A stretch of 64,000 nucleotides of DNA from Pseudovirgaria hyperparasitica (lineage: Eukaryota): the NCBI GenBank assembly GCA_010093815.1, contig ML996574.1. One strand, 5' to 3'. A program made the translations under genes and the position numbers. Below the pieces are notes generated by a model. That model made no database searches. It was not told the origin of the DNA and worked only from the letters and a program-made list of their open reading frames with translations. Positions 11,568 through 22,902 of the stretch are shown here, piece after piece (position 1 is the first letter of the stretch; each line of letters starts with the position of its first letter).

Positions 11568-13089
11568 GGAGATGGGATCAGAACACGAAGCACAGGCAGC
11601 GGAGAGGGAGTACATGGGTTTTTAAACCATTCTTCAACGAAATTGTTTGAAGCACTAGGGGAATAGTCTACTTTGTTCGAGAAGAGTGTTGTCTGGTACT
11701 GTGCCTCGATACACAATAACCTCACATTAGTCGATAGTCAACCGATGCCATGCTGAAAAGAAATGAAGTATCATATTGTCCACTTGTCTGCTACGAGTCT
11801 CGAGTCGGGTAGAGCATAATGGCATCTTATATCACACCGAGTGAATGAGTTAGGTAATTGCTATGATCTACTCTCTTACCATTAAACTTCAAATTTATTT
11901 ACTCAAATAGTGCGAAGAAGGCAACGTCATGTACGCGACACACACCAATACGAGATCTGCGGCTTGATTGTTCAACGTGATCTTTTGGGACATCTATAAG
12001 GTTGTCCATAAGTCTCTGTAGTCGCCATAGTAAGTAGTGATGCAGAGTAGTGTGTCATGCCTAACGGGGTAACAAGGTTTACGACTGGAACGTGCTGATT
12101 CCCAGGTCTACAAACAAAAACAATGTCAAAGTTGGGCTAGACTTAAGCTCACTAAGAGACGCATGATGAATTGTGCTATCTCACTTCTCTTAGCATGTTA
12201 CAAGGAGAGGAACTTCTTATTGACGCATGCAACGTTGCATGTTCCTCTACAGGTTGACCTGTAGTCAGTAGACGTATACCTACATTCGATCCTCAAAAAT
12301 GTTGCTTCAGTGTCTTTCTCGACGACCAACATCGAGTCTGAATTCGACCCAAATGCAAGCTCTTCTGAACCTACTAAAGATTACAAACATGTAAGATCAA
12401 TTCGACTCTGGTATAAGCACCATGAAAGCCATATCACAAGACTATTAGTAGATTGCGGAATTTTCGTCTTACTTAACTCGAACAACTAGTTTCTCTAGAA
12501 GGAAATGTTATCTACTCCCCGAAGCGCCAATAAGAATCTTTCTCGCTGGTCGAAGTAATGCATAGTCTTCCCTGGTAAGATCTGAGACAGGACTGTAACT
12601 CAGACACTCTTAGCACCTTGGCAGCAGATATACGTAGTTTTCGTCAAGCGCTCAAGGTTATATATACGTCAACTTGCTTTTTGAAACACGCACTCGAATT
12701 TGTCTATATGAATGCCAGCGGATATTGCAAGATGATCTGACACGAAACTGTACTGGAGATACTCGGTATCACCAGCAGACCAAGAGCAGTAGGACAAGAC
12801 AGAGACGAAAGTTCTGCTTTGTGTATACCCAGGAGTCAGGATGTTGGAACGTATGGGACAAGAAGTTGTCTCGTGAATCATGATTCTCCTCTCATGCGAA
12901 CGTCACTTCCTAGAATCGGTACGTGCAGATATATATGCTAGATAATCCCATCATTGAATTATTAACCGTGGTTATATAAGGAACTAATACCAAGGATCAG
13001 AATGCTCCTCCGGACTGTTGATCAACTAAATATATGAAGTTATAAGCAATTTTATTCATAGTGGTAAAGATATCAGCAGATTGGTTCTA

Positions 13090-13217
13090 CTATTCGACGT
13101 CTCTGCTATTCGACTTCTCTACTATTCGACTTCTCTACTATTCGACTTCTCTACTATTCGACTTCTCTACTATTCGACTTCTCTACTATTCGACTTCTCT
13201 ACTATTCGACTTCTCTG
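13090..13217. repeat. Minisatellite, 8 copies of 16-bp CTATTCGACTTCTCTA
   Basis: Read directly: six perfect internal copies; the first and last copies are slightly diverged. Confidence 0.95.
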
Positions 13218-13417
13218 TCATTAGTATAGGGCTGTGGACGAATTTGAAAACGAGGTAACTTACCGAGAATGGCCGACTGATTGATACCACGAGATCCTTC
13301 ATCAATGAGAAAGCCGGATGTGCGGTCATGTGTCAAGTTGAATGCTCACAAGAGGATATGTTCATGCCTAAATAGGTCAAGCGTGCTGATCTGTGCGGCC
13401 AAGATGAATGAACCCTA

Positions 13418-13437
13418 GTAAACAACGCGCCCCGCGT
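13418..13437 (+). promoter_or_regulatory. Forkhead site (GTAAACAA) overlapping MCB-like CGCG cores, upstream of Mis12
   Basis: GTAAACAACGCGCCCCGCGT lies about 60-80 bp before the ATG. Confidence 0.45.
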
Positions 13438-13497
13438 CTGTCGCATCGCGCACTGAGGTCATGCAAGACCTGTAGACCCTCTTTGCCACGATTCGCA

Positions 13498-14710
13498 ATG
13501 GCAACACCGAAACAGATACAAGCGTCATTTCTTACTGAGCATTTTGGCTGGACTCCAATTGTAAGACTACCTCACCAAAATCTTCATTCGTTCCCTCTGC
13601 AAGGACTGACAATTGCGCGCAGTCTTTCATAGATGAGGTCATTAATTCCATAAACGTGATCATAACCCAAGGGACAGACTCAATCGAACAAGCGTTATTG
13701 AGTGCCGATGCAGGTCGCGACCTAGGCTGGTCGGCGAAGGCTGCCTCGAATAATCAAATCCCAGATACCGAAACAGGCGAGGATGGTGTGACGAAGGAGG
13801 TCTTCGGCGATGACCCCAAGAATGAAATTGAAGAGGGTGTGCTTAAGCTCGAGACATTGCTCGAGAATACAGTGGACAAGAACTTCGACAAATGGGAGAT
13901 CTGGGTGCTGCGCAACGTCTTGAGCCTAGGGAAGGACTGGGAAGGCTCAGAAGGCTGGATACGGTTAAAGGGCTACGAAGTGAGTATGCTACTGGCCTTG
14001 AGAAAGACCGCTGTGGTTTTGAAGGATTGCGCGAAGCTATACTGACTTCCACCACCTAGAATCTCCATCTACCAACCTCAACGACCCTGGAAGACCAGGC
14101 TCCTACGCCTGAATCCCTCATGTCACTTCGCCGCAAGCTTCAAGAGACCCAAAAACTTCATACCCTACTTCTCGCAGAGAAAGCGCGCAATCATGCTGTT
14201 CTCACACAACTGAATCCCCTCCTCACACCACAAAGCCAACCACCGAAGACCTCGCCTCTACCTAAACAAGAACCCAAATCCTCCACGTCACCTCTCAACC
14301 CTACGAAGTTGACTGACGCAAGACCCGATTTTTCCTTTATAACCACACAGCAACCTGGCTCGCTGCAGAGCAATACGACATTCCCATTGACACAGCTCCC
14401 ACTTCTAAGAAAGCATTTGGACGCGCTCAGACCATACTTGAAAGGCTTGCCGGCCGAGCCAGGGCTGCCACGGACCGAGGCAGGCATGAGAGCAAGAGAG
14501 AGAAGCGAATACGTAGAGGCTCAGACACGCAGAATACTAGAGCGACGAGGAGTAGATGTACAAGGAGGCGTAGGCGGTGGGCTCGGTCGCAGAGTTGCTC
14601 CGGACGAGGTCAGGGCACTGGAGCAGGTTGTGGATATACTGGGAAGGAACCGAAGCGAGGAAGAAGAGGAAGAACACCACCCACAGGATAAGATGGATCT
14701 TGATGAATAA
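13498..14710 (+). CDS. MIS12: Kinetochore protein Mis12/Mtw1; 3 exons
   Basis: MATPKQIQASFLTEHFGWTPI | SFIDEVINSIN...EIEEGVLKLETLLENTVDKNFDKWEIWVLRNVL matches the Mis12 domain signature. Introns start at 13561 and about 13980. Confidence 0.9.
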
Positions 14711-15615
14711 ATGTTGTAACGCCGAAAAATTACGGAATCTGCTTCAAGCGCGGCGTTTGTGGGCGCATTATATCGGCGTTGGAGAGGGCATCTATGGATG
14801 ACCTGGGCCCAGAAGAGCCTGCTTGCGACCAATGCAGGATAGTCAGACTTATATTGGGACTTTCAGTTCCTGTAAGGCAATGTGTACAGATCTTACGCTA
14901 ACGCAGCGGAATTCGAACCTCAAGATGATCTCGAACCTTGGGTTGCCCTGAGATGTGATTATGGCAATACAGAGTCTGCCAACAAAAATACTGATAGTGT
15001 GTGTGTGCCAGAAAATTTGGGCTGACTGTCATACACTCGCTCAAAAATCCCATGGTGTTTCAGTACTGGGAAACGTTGGCTCATGGATGAGCACCAGATG
15101 AACTGTTAGTAGCTTGCAGCATCGAAAGTACTACGACGACACAATCATATGGAAGCGGCCCTGGAGAGCATCCATATACTTAGGACCAATAGTGCAGGTC
15201 TTCGTCATCGCTTTACCAGCAGTGAGGCCAATTCCAAGACCTTCATACTGCTGCAAAAGGGAGATAAGATAGGTTGACATCACTTCGCGCTAATGCCGAG
15301 CTAGCTGGATGCAGTAATTTATCAACCCCGTCGAGTGTATCAACAAACGAAGTGATTTCAGACTTGACGGTGCTCTAAACTCATATCATTTCTTTCAGGT
15401 AATCGTTTCGTCAGAAATCGACAAAATTAGCCAAGTTCAACTTGAGCGATCTCGACATGGAGTGTATGGGGAACGAGACCCAGCATGCGGGGTTCGGCTG
15501 GAAGGACCAGTCGGCAGTGACTATATGTTGGCCTCAGCGTTTCCCTAGACTCCTTCATTGACCGCAGTCGTGACATATTGGTTTATCCAGGCTCAAATGA
15601 TCAAGTCCAAGAACC

Positions 15616-16674
15616 ATGGATCAATTCAAGCACAAGACTTTGGTCACCAAGCCATATGAGCTCACCTATAGCTACTATACATCCCCAGGATTTGAGGCGA
15701 AAGTTGACTCAGGAGTGCCAACGTTGATGATCAGTCATGGCTTTCCGGACGATGCACACATGTGGGCTGGCACTCTACCAACACTCCTGAAGTTGCCATA
15801 CCCAATCATACTCATCGACATCCTGGGCCTGGGCGATTCCTCCAAGTCCACCACAGTCGAGCACTACAGCTACAAACAACAAGCCAACTCCCTCGCACAG
15901 ATCCTCGACGAGGAGAATGTCGGCAAAGTCATCGCAATCGGCCACGACTGGGGCAGCGCCATCACACAACGCTTCTACCTGTACCACCGAGCCCGCTGCA
16001 TCGGCGTCTCACTACTCTGCCTCGCGTACCAGATCCCTAGCACCGAGCCCTTCAACCTAGACCAAGCAAACATCGCCACGACAAAGCGCTTCGGGTACCC
16101 ACAGTGGGAATACTGGAACTACTTCACCGCGCCCGACGCACCGGCACAGATAGAGGCTAATCTCGAGCGCTTCTGGGAGGCTAACAACGGCTACTATCCC
16201 TCGCCCGACCCGACAGACAACGGGCAGGACATCTGGATGCGCGAGATGTTCGACGTGAAGGATGGCATGCGCGACTATATCCAGGGCACGGGTAAGTGGG
16301 CAGGCTTCACGGTCGAGCTGAACGCGTACGCGCGCGACGCACAGCTGAAGAAGCGGTATCTCGACAGGCTGAAGGAGGGCAGACTGGCAGCACCTGTGAA
16401 CTACTACCACTCGCTCAAGAATAACACGATGCTCGAGGACGAGAGGGTGCTGGCGCAGAATCCGAAGATCGAGGTGCCGTTGCTGTATATTGGCATGACG
16501 GGCGACTGGGTATGTCGCACGGATTTGATGGTCGATGCAAAGGAGAAGGGTCTGGTGCCAGATTTAGAAGAGCAGACGGTCGTGGGGAATCATTGGAGTA
16601 TGTATGATGCTGGAAACGCTGCGATTGTCGCGGGCTACTGGGCAGATTGGTTGTCGCGAAAATTTCCAGTCTAG
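15616..16674 (+). CDS. Alpha/beta hydrolase, epoxide-hydrolase type
   Basis: HGFP oxyanion motif, GLGDSSK, nucleophile motif GHDWGS, NYY cap tyrosine, catalytic His in GNHW. Intronless, 352 aa. Confidence 0.9.
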   Translation: MDQFKHKTLVTKPYELTYSYYTSPGFEAKVDSGVPTLMISHGFPDDAHMWAGTLPTLLKLPYPIILIDILGLGDSSKSTTVEHYSYKQQANSLAQILDEENVGKVIAIGHDWGSAITQRFYLYHRARCIGVSLLCLAYQIPSTEPFNLDQANIATTKRFGYPQWEYWNYFTAPDAPAQIEANLERFWEANNGYYPSPDPTDNGQDIWMREMFDVKDGMRDYIQGTGKWAGFTVELNAYARDAQLKKRYLDRLKEGRLAAPVNYYHSLKNNTMLEDERVLAQNPKIEVPLLYIGMTGDWVCRTDLMVDAKEKGLVPDLEEQTVVGNHWSMYDAGNAAIVAGYWADWLSRKFPV

Positions 16675-18604
16675 TTTATCGTGTTGATTGTCAATAGTCG
16701 ATTGTTGACAGTTGACCAGTGATAGTCAACTGCTGACAGTCGACTGCAGGACAAGTCGCAAGCAGTGCACCATCTGCGTGCCTAGCATGGAACAAGTGTC
16801 TGTCAGTCTGCTAATGCCTTCGTGCTCGAGTTTTCGAGCCGTCTTGATGACTAGGCTATTGATTGAAGTTAGTGACGGTTGGGTGGGAGCTATATCAGTA
16901 GCGATAGCAGATCAGTCATTTCCTTCGACGACCGAACACTAGAAGTCAACGGCGTTGTTCTTTCCGGGGTGACAGAGGGCACTGAGCACTGTCAAACAAA
17001 CACTAAGCCACACCTTAGACTTATTAAAAGGAATCAAAGAATAGGAGGTACGTTAACTCACAAGAATCTAGCACCAAAGCCTAAGTTGATTAATAACAAT
17101 AGTCTTTAGCGGCTGTGGCCATACTTTTGTTTCTCTGATCATGGTGATGATGACGGTGAGGGTGTAGTGAAGGCATCGGGGATTTTTCAGGCCCTCCCCA
17201 GATACTGGAGTCTAGACTCGACTCACAGCTTGGTTATCACGCATAGTCGGTCGGAAATGGCGAGGAGATCCTCTGGCAACTGTCGAAACACAGTCAATAT
17301 TACGGACGAGTTTCACATCCATATTACCTGCAGCCTCACCGCCGATCAAACGTTCATGGCTGCATGGCGCGTACCGAGGTAGCCTCAGCCCAAGAACGTA
17401 CGGCCAGCTACTACCCAGGGAAGAAAAAAATATTTGAGAACTGCAAGTTCATGTGGTCTCTCCAGAAAACGACCAAGACCCAGGAGAGGTCTGTTCGTTG
17501 CATGGATCTCTTCTAGAAGCCATCCCTGTCCGTGTGTCCCGCGGCTTGCGCCGGTCCTACATACTGCCTCGAGCGGGGGGCATCTTGTTTGTTTGGGACA
17601 CCCAATTTCTGATGCTCGACTCGATTGGGTTGCTTTAGGGCGGAGGTTTGATGACTGGAACAGCGTTCCTTCGGTACATGGTACGTACGTACATGGATAC
17701 GGTATGGCTATGGGGGTGGAATGTCACTGTACAGCAGGGTATACGAGCACGAAAATGCTCGGGGATGGCCGAGGTGTAGGCCTTTGTTGGAGGTGCTCTA
17801 TCATAGTACGGAGAGTCTCATGTCTATGTTGCTGTATGTATGCATGTATGCATTCTCTGTCTCGTCTCTCTTTGCCACCTCCAAGGACGTCGACTCAGCG
17901 CGCTATACGTGTAATAAGACTATAACTATAGGCAAGTGTAAGTGTGTACTAGTACCGGGAGTAAGGATGCAAGTTCGCAATGACATCAGACTAGAGCAGC
18001 CTTGCCGAGGAAGAATGGTGAGAGCATTGAGCACTTCCGCCTCCCATTCCATTACAAGCTGGGAGCCCCTTGACAAAACCAGTCGAGATCTGGAGATCAA
18101 TCCATTGTTTCTGGTTGCAAACCTTAAACCATTGAGTCTTGGAGCCAGCGCGTGGTGTTAGCGTCTGGGCGGAGAGAGCGCGAGCCACCGGATATCAACC
18201 GCTAGAGAGTTCCTTGGCAGGGGGCACAGTGCCTTGACACCTTAGTCGCAACCTCCCATCACCGGATTTGGGCTGTTAGCTGAACACTTGTTGCTCTCCG
18301 GCTAACTCCATCAAACATCGCCGTATGGGTTAAGCTTCACCTTATTCCGCTATGGTACGGGATGTGGATACCTTCATAGCCTCTTGACAAGGGTCTGTAT
18401 GTCACTGCGAAGGTTATGTGCTGCCATCTCGTGGAAACGTGCGTCTAAACGCTTCCAACACCAATAGTCTTCCAGCAGATGAGACCAGGCTAACGGATAC
18501 ACACATGAGCGTAAAGGCTATGCGTACCAGGAAATGGTAGAGAGTAGTTTGAAATGAGTGCCGATCAGTATTCAAGACGATGCGGGCATCGAAGTGAAGT
18601 CGGT

Positions 18605-18799
18605 GTATATAAACACCACAACCATCAGCCTCAAACATACTCCTCATCACGCTCTTCCAGATCATCTTTCATTCGCTAATACAGTCACTCGTTCAGACTT
18701 ACCCAATACACTCACTCACTTCGATTCAGTAATCTTCTGCATTCCTTCACCGGACCTATTTTTCCAAAACCAACAACAACAACAACAACAACAATCAAA
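18605..18799 (+). promoter_or_regulatory. TATA box and (CAA)n-rich 5' leader of the secreted protein gene
   Basis: GTATATAAAC at about 18605; a CAA tract at about 18768-18794 directly before TCAAAATG. Confidence 0.6.
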
Positions 18800-19591
18800 A
18801 TGAAGTTCTCACTCATCATCCCGGCCATGGCCGCCATCTCCTCCGTCCTCGCCCTCCCCACCGGTACCTTCGGCGGCAGTGCCAACGCCGGCGTCAGCGC
18901 CGGCCTCGGTGGCATCACCGGCGGTGCCTCCGGCCAAGTCGGCGGCCAATTCACGATCCCCAGCGCCATCAACTTCGGCGCCGGCATCACCGTCGAAGCC
19001 TGCGAGGCGTCCATCCAAGCATGGCTCCAGGCCAAGGGTCTCTGCGAGGTCGACGGCTCCATCGGCGCCAAGGCCCAGGCATACCTCAACGGCGTGCTCC
19101 ACGGTCAGACCGGATTGGAGGGCCTCTTCGGTATGGCTGCCGGAATCAACCTGGGCGGCCAGGTCGGCGCCAGCGTTGACCCCAACACCCAGCTCATCAC
19201 CAGCGCCATCCAGGGCCTCCTGAGCGGTACCTTCAAGTTCACCGCTGACATGTCCGGCGATCTGTTCAACGCTGCCATCAAGGGCTGGCTCCAGGCTGCT
19301 GGTCTCTGTGAGGCTGACGGTTCCATCGGCGCCACTGCTGAGGCTTACATCAACGCTTTCCTTAACGGCGCTACTGCATTCGAGGGTCTGTTCGGTATTA
19401 CGGAGGGTATCAAGCTTGGAACCGAGATCGTCGGCCAGGTTGAGGGCATCGCTTCCGACGTCCTCAAGGGCAACGTCTCCGGTGTCCTCTCCAAGAGCAT
19501 CAGCATTGGCGGTGAGGTCGCATCTGAGTTCGCATCTGAAGCCCTCAAGTTCCTCTCCCCCTTCCTCGGTGCCATTGGTCTCAAGAACTAG
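18800..19591 (+). CDS. Secreted Gly/Ala-rich protein with two 88-aa-period internal repeats
   Basis: Signal peptide MKFSLIIPAMAAISSVLA|LP. The duplicated unit is IxxWLQAxGLCExDGSIGAxAxAY.N..L.G.T..EGLFG. Strong bias to C-ending codons. Confidence 0.85.
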   Translation: MKFSLIIPAMAAISSVLALPTGTFGGSANAGVSAGLGGITGGASGQVGGQFTIPSAINFGAGITVEACEASIQAWLQAKGLCEVDGSIGAKAQAYLNGVLHGQTGLEGLFGMAAGINLGGQVGASVDPNTQLITSAIQGLLSGTFKFTADMSGDLFNAAIKGWLQAAGLCEADGSIGATAEAYINAFLNGATAFEGLFGITEGIKLGTEIVGQVEGIASDVLKGNVSGVLSKSISIGGEVASEFASEALKFLSPFLGAIGLKN

Positions 19592-20230
19592 ATTTCCCAG
19601 CGACTACAGTACAAGCAGCTACTAGCAAAGCCGTGCTTCCAATAGTAGACATGCGAACATGAGAGGCAATACCTACCAACGCAGCGGGCAGGCGGTGGGT
19701 TTTTTTTACATATATCTAATGATTATTGTTGTAACACATAATGTAACAAGTTAGACACGTTCTCAACAATAGATTTCTACCTTATGCTTTATTCAATTTC
19801 CCAAAAGGTCGCAATACGTGAGCCAGTCCCTTTCCCTGGTGCTTCCATCATGAGCCCATATTCAACAACTAAATCCCCAAGGAAGAACGGCACTCTAGTC
19901 AAGCATCGAATGTCGTCTTTGTCACACCAGAAAGCATCACTGCTAGGAGAATGGATTTGTAAACAGTTTCAGATATACCAATACTCCCAAAATACATTCA
20001 AAAAAGGTAAAAAACATCTCCGAGGTTACTAATGAGTGTTGACCGAGGCCTTCTGCACAGTTTGGTTTTATATAGCAAAGGAAAAAAAATTATCATTCAA
20101 GCCACTGCTGTCAGGTAATTTGGTTCGTTGTAAGAGCTCAGCTGGCAACAAAAATCAATGGCAGCTTGAAAGTGCGAGAGTCCAGCGAGGCAATTGCTAC
20201 GTCTTTGCCTGCCCAACAACTGTCTCACAC

Positions 20231-21750
20231 CTACGGCTTAATAGCGAATTTCTTGAGGTACTCATAGTCCGCCACATTCTGGTCAACACACGCCTTGATA
20301 GATTTAGCAGCCTCGGTGCCGTATTTCTTGATCCAGTCGGCATAAATTTCGTCATCAGACTTCGTTTTCTTCTGCCATGTCAGCTCGTCAGTCTTCAAAA
20401 AGTCCTGCCGCGCTTTCATAAGGTTCAAGTGACTTACGTGGACCCTAGCCTTCAGTTCCGTGCTGTTGATCGCATCCTCGTGAAATCCCTTCCACTTCTC
20501 GAAGGCCGCCTTGGCAATTGAATGTTCTTCCTCAGTATCCCAGGTAAGCATTTCTGGTTTGTATTCCACACCTGTTGTCGCGCAGTACTGGTTAATGATG
20601 CTGCTTGGGTTGTCCAACAAGTCGTCTGCGTCGATAACACAAATTTCGACGTTGTCGGTGTGATTACCATTCGTCCCGTTCGTGTCACCATTCGTGGTCT
20701 CCGTGTGTCCAGCGATCCTGGGCCCGACGATATTACGCTCGCGAAGGTAGTCAAATACGCGCCTGAGTTCGTCGTAACCTGCTTCGCAGGGCATGAAATT
20801 GTAGAAACCAGTAACGTCATCCAATGGTGGGATTGTGCATCGCCAGTATGAGGGAATACTGAACTTAGGGTGACGAATCAAGAAAGTGAAGTGAAATTGT
20901 TTCAGTAATTCTTCAGGAACGACCGAGGGATTTGCCTCCTCTGAATTCGTGTCATACGGATATGGAGCAATGTTGACTGCTTTAGCCTTGAAAGGCTCCC
21001 CGTCCGGTGCTGGGAGGCCTTCCTGAGTTGTACCAACACCTCGTTTGTAGTTGACAAGTGATGGTGCAATCGTCGCTGGTTTGCCATTTGGAGGGACAAG
21101 GTAATGCGTGATATCCTTGATGAACAACCGTTTACCCTGTAAGAATCAGCAGCTGCATTTAATAGGGTCATGATTCATCCGAGTTCGTGTGACTATGCGC
21201 AGTGTAACCGATGGGGTCGAAATAGAAACAAAGAACGGCTTTCAATCCATGTTTTTGGCTTATGATGGAAATATCACGTGCGTCAATGACTAAACGCCAT
21301 AAGGACACCAGATTCTGACCATATTGCAGGTTGAGCAGACATATACAAGAGGTAGGAACCTTGCTTCAGACGGAATGATCGAAAGTCTTCATGCTTGTGT
21401 GCCAGATGACACGCACGGCGTCAAGCGACTTACCTCAGTGCTTTCCTTCGCTATTCTCTGAAAAATGGTTCTGTAGGTACTGCCTTCAAAGCCACTCTCT
21501 TCCCTGGCTTTCTGATCCTGTTCGTAACGGTCACTTAGACGTTCGGGACCGAAATAGAACGCATCTCCAAAAGGTTCGTGGACACATTGTAGGATGTCAC
21601 GGCGAGTCATGAAGACCTGTAGAATGTCAAATTCACGACTCGTGCCGGGATCGGTCAAGGGTCTCGTCAATGTCGACGGCAACATACTCGCTCAAAAGCG
21701 GTCGAGCAAGCCCGCGGATGGGTTGCTACAAAGATGGGTTTATTCGACAT
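20231..21750 (-). CDS. Sulfotransferase-like P-loop protein (conserved fungal family); 4 exons
   Basis: MSNKPIFVATHPRACSTAFER | VFMTRRDILQCVHEPFGDAFYFGPE | GKRLFIKDI...FLIRHP...VIDADDLL...MLTW...FHEDAINST. Confidence 0.85.
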
Positions 21751-22902
21751 GATGTAGGTGCGCGATCGTGTCTATGCAGAGAGAGAACTCTATATTTCAA
21801 GTAGTCGATCTCGCACAAGAGTTGAGAGCGCCAGAGTAGACACTATTCCAGGCCTACTATGAGAATCAGACCGATGTATTCGATTTTTCTCGTGTACGTG
21901 TCGTGGTGACAATGCCGCTTTTCTGCTCAAGCTCGAGCGGCGTATGGATGTAGCGATGATAGTGACGGGCGCTAACGTGTGTTTCCGTCTGCAAACAACG
22001 CAATCGTTGTGCCGGACGAGCAAATAATGTGATAGTGATGAGCAGAAGATGAAAAGGAGGGAGAAAGACGGGGGCGACGGTGAGATTTTAATATGATTTT
22101 AGTCTTGGAGGAGCCAGCAGGTCTATCGAGTTTGTCTCGGTCGTTCTTGCGAGACTTACCCCCACCCAAGTTCCATGTTATCCATCCCGTTGTGAGAGAG
22201 TGAAAGTAAGTGGCGACAGGGATTATACACAGCAAACGAACCATACAACATAGACGAGCTCCCGAGCAGCGCGGATTGGCAGGAATTGTGGCGAAACTGG
22301 AGCCTTCTACAACGCCATTTCGTAGGGCAGAAGTCTCTGATGTTCTGGGTCTCAATGATCCACTCATGGCCACTTTCCAAGGGCATTGGTGCCGTGAGTT
22401 ACGCCCGCTAGCCGGCGCGGGCGACAATACAGTACATGGCATTGTCGAGAAATGCGTTATAAATGCCGCTGCCGCGTTATCCTCGTGACTGGCGCCGGGC
22501 CGGGGCAGAATGACGTCGTCGTGCTTGAGTTCGTTTTGCCTGGCATGTCTCTCGATATGATAACAATTTTCATCTATATTGAGCGGAAATATATCGATAT
22601 TGGACAAATATATTGGTGTCGCTTGTCTGAATGTTGAAATTTGCGTCATATCAAGGGAGCAAACCTGGCCATGGCGCAGGTGTTTGGCATTATTATTGCC
22701 TCAGGCAGAAAGTGTTCATGCCTGGATTAGACTGCGTTTTGGCGCCTGAGGCTGAATTATCGTTGACATAGAAATTCACTACGTAAAAGGTTCAAAATCG
22801 CTGCTCTCCAACTCCAACAGAATGCAAATCTACTTCCGACGCATCGCTCGTCATCTATTTACATATAACCATGACACATCTTAACGTACCACAAAACCTC
22901 TA

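Noticed and set aside
11700..13050. AT-richer intergenic stretch, possibly a RIP-degraded element or dead gene
   Set aside because: No terminal repeats, transposase or reverse-transcriptase motifs, or sustained ORF could be seen.
13090..13217. CRISPR-like appearance of the repeat
   Set aside because: Head-to-tail copies with no spacers, in a eukaryotic genome with no cas genes.
14895..14950. TTCGAACC words resembling a tRNA T-loop / B-box
   Set aside because: I could not build a cloverleaf or acceptor stem.
21972..22649. 225-aa ORF upstream of the sulfotransferase-like gene; also short ORFs at 24.7-26.9 kb, 33.0-34.0 kb and 57.9-59.7 kb
   Set aside because: No codon bias, domain motifs or consistent splice structure; treated as intergenic.
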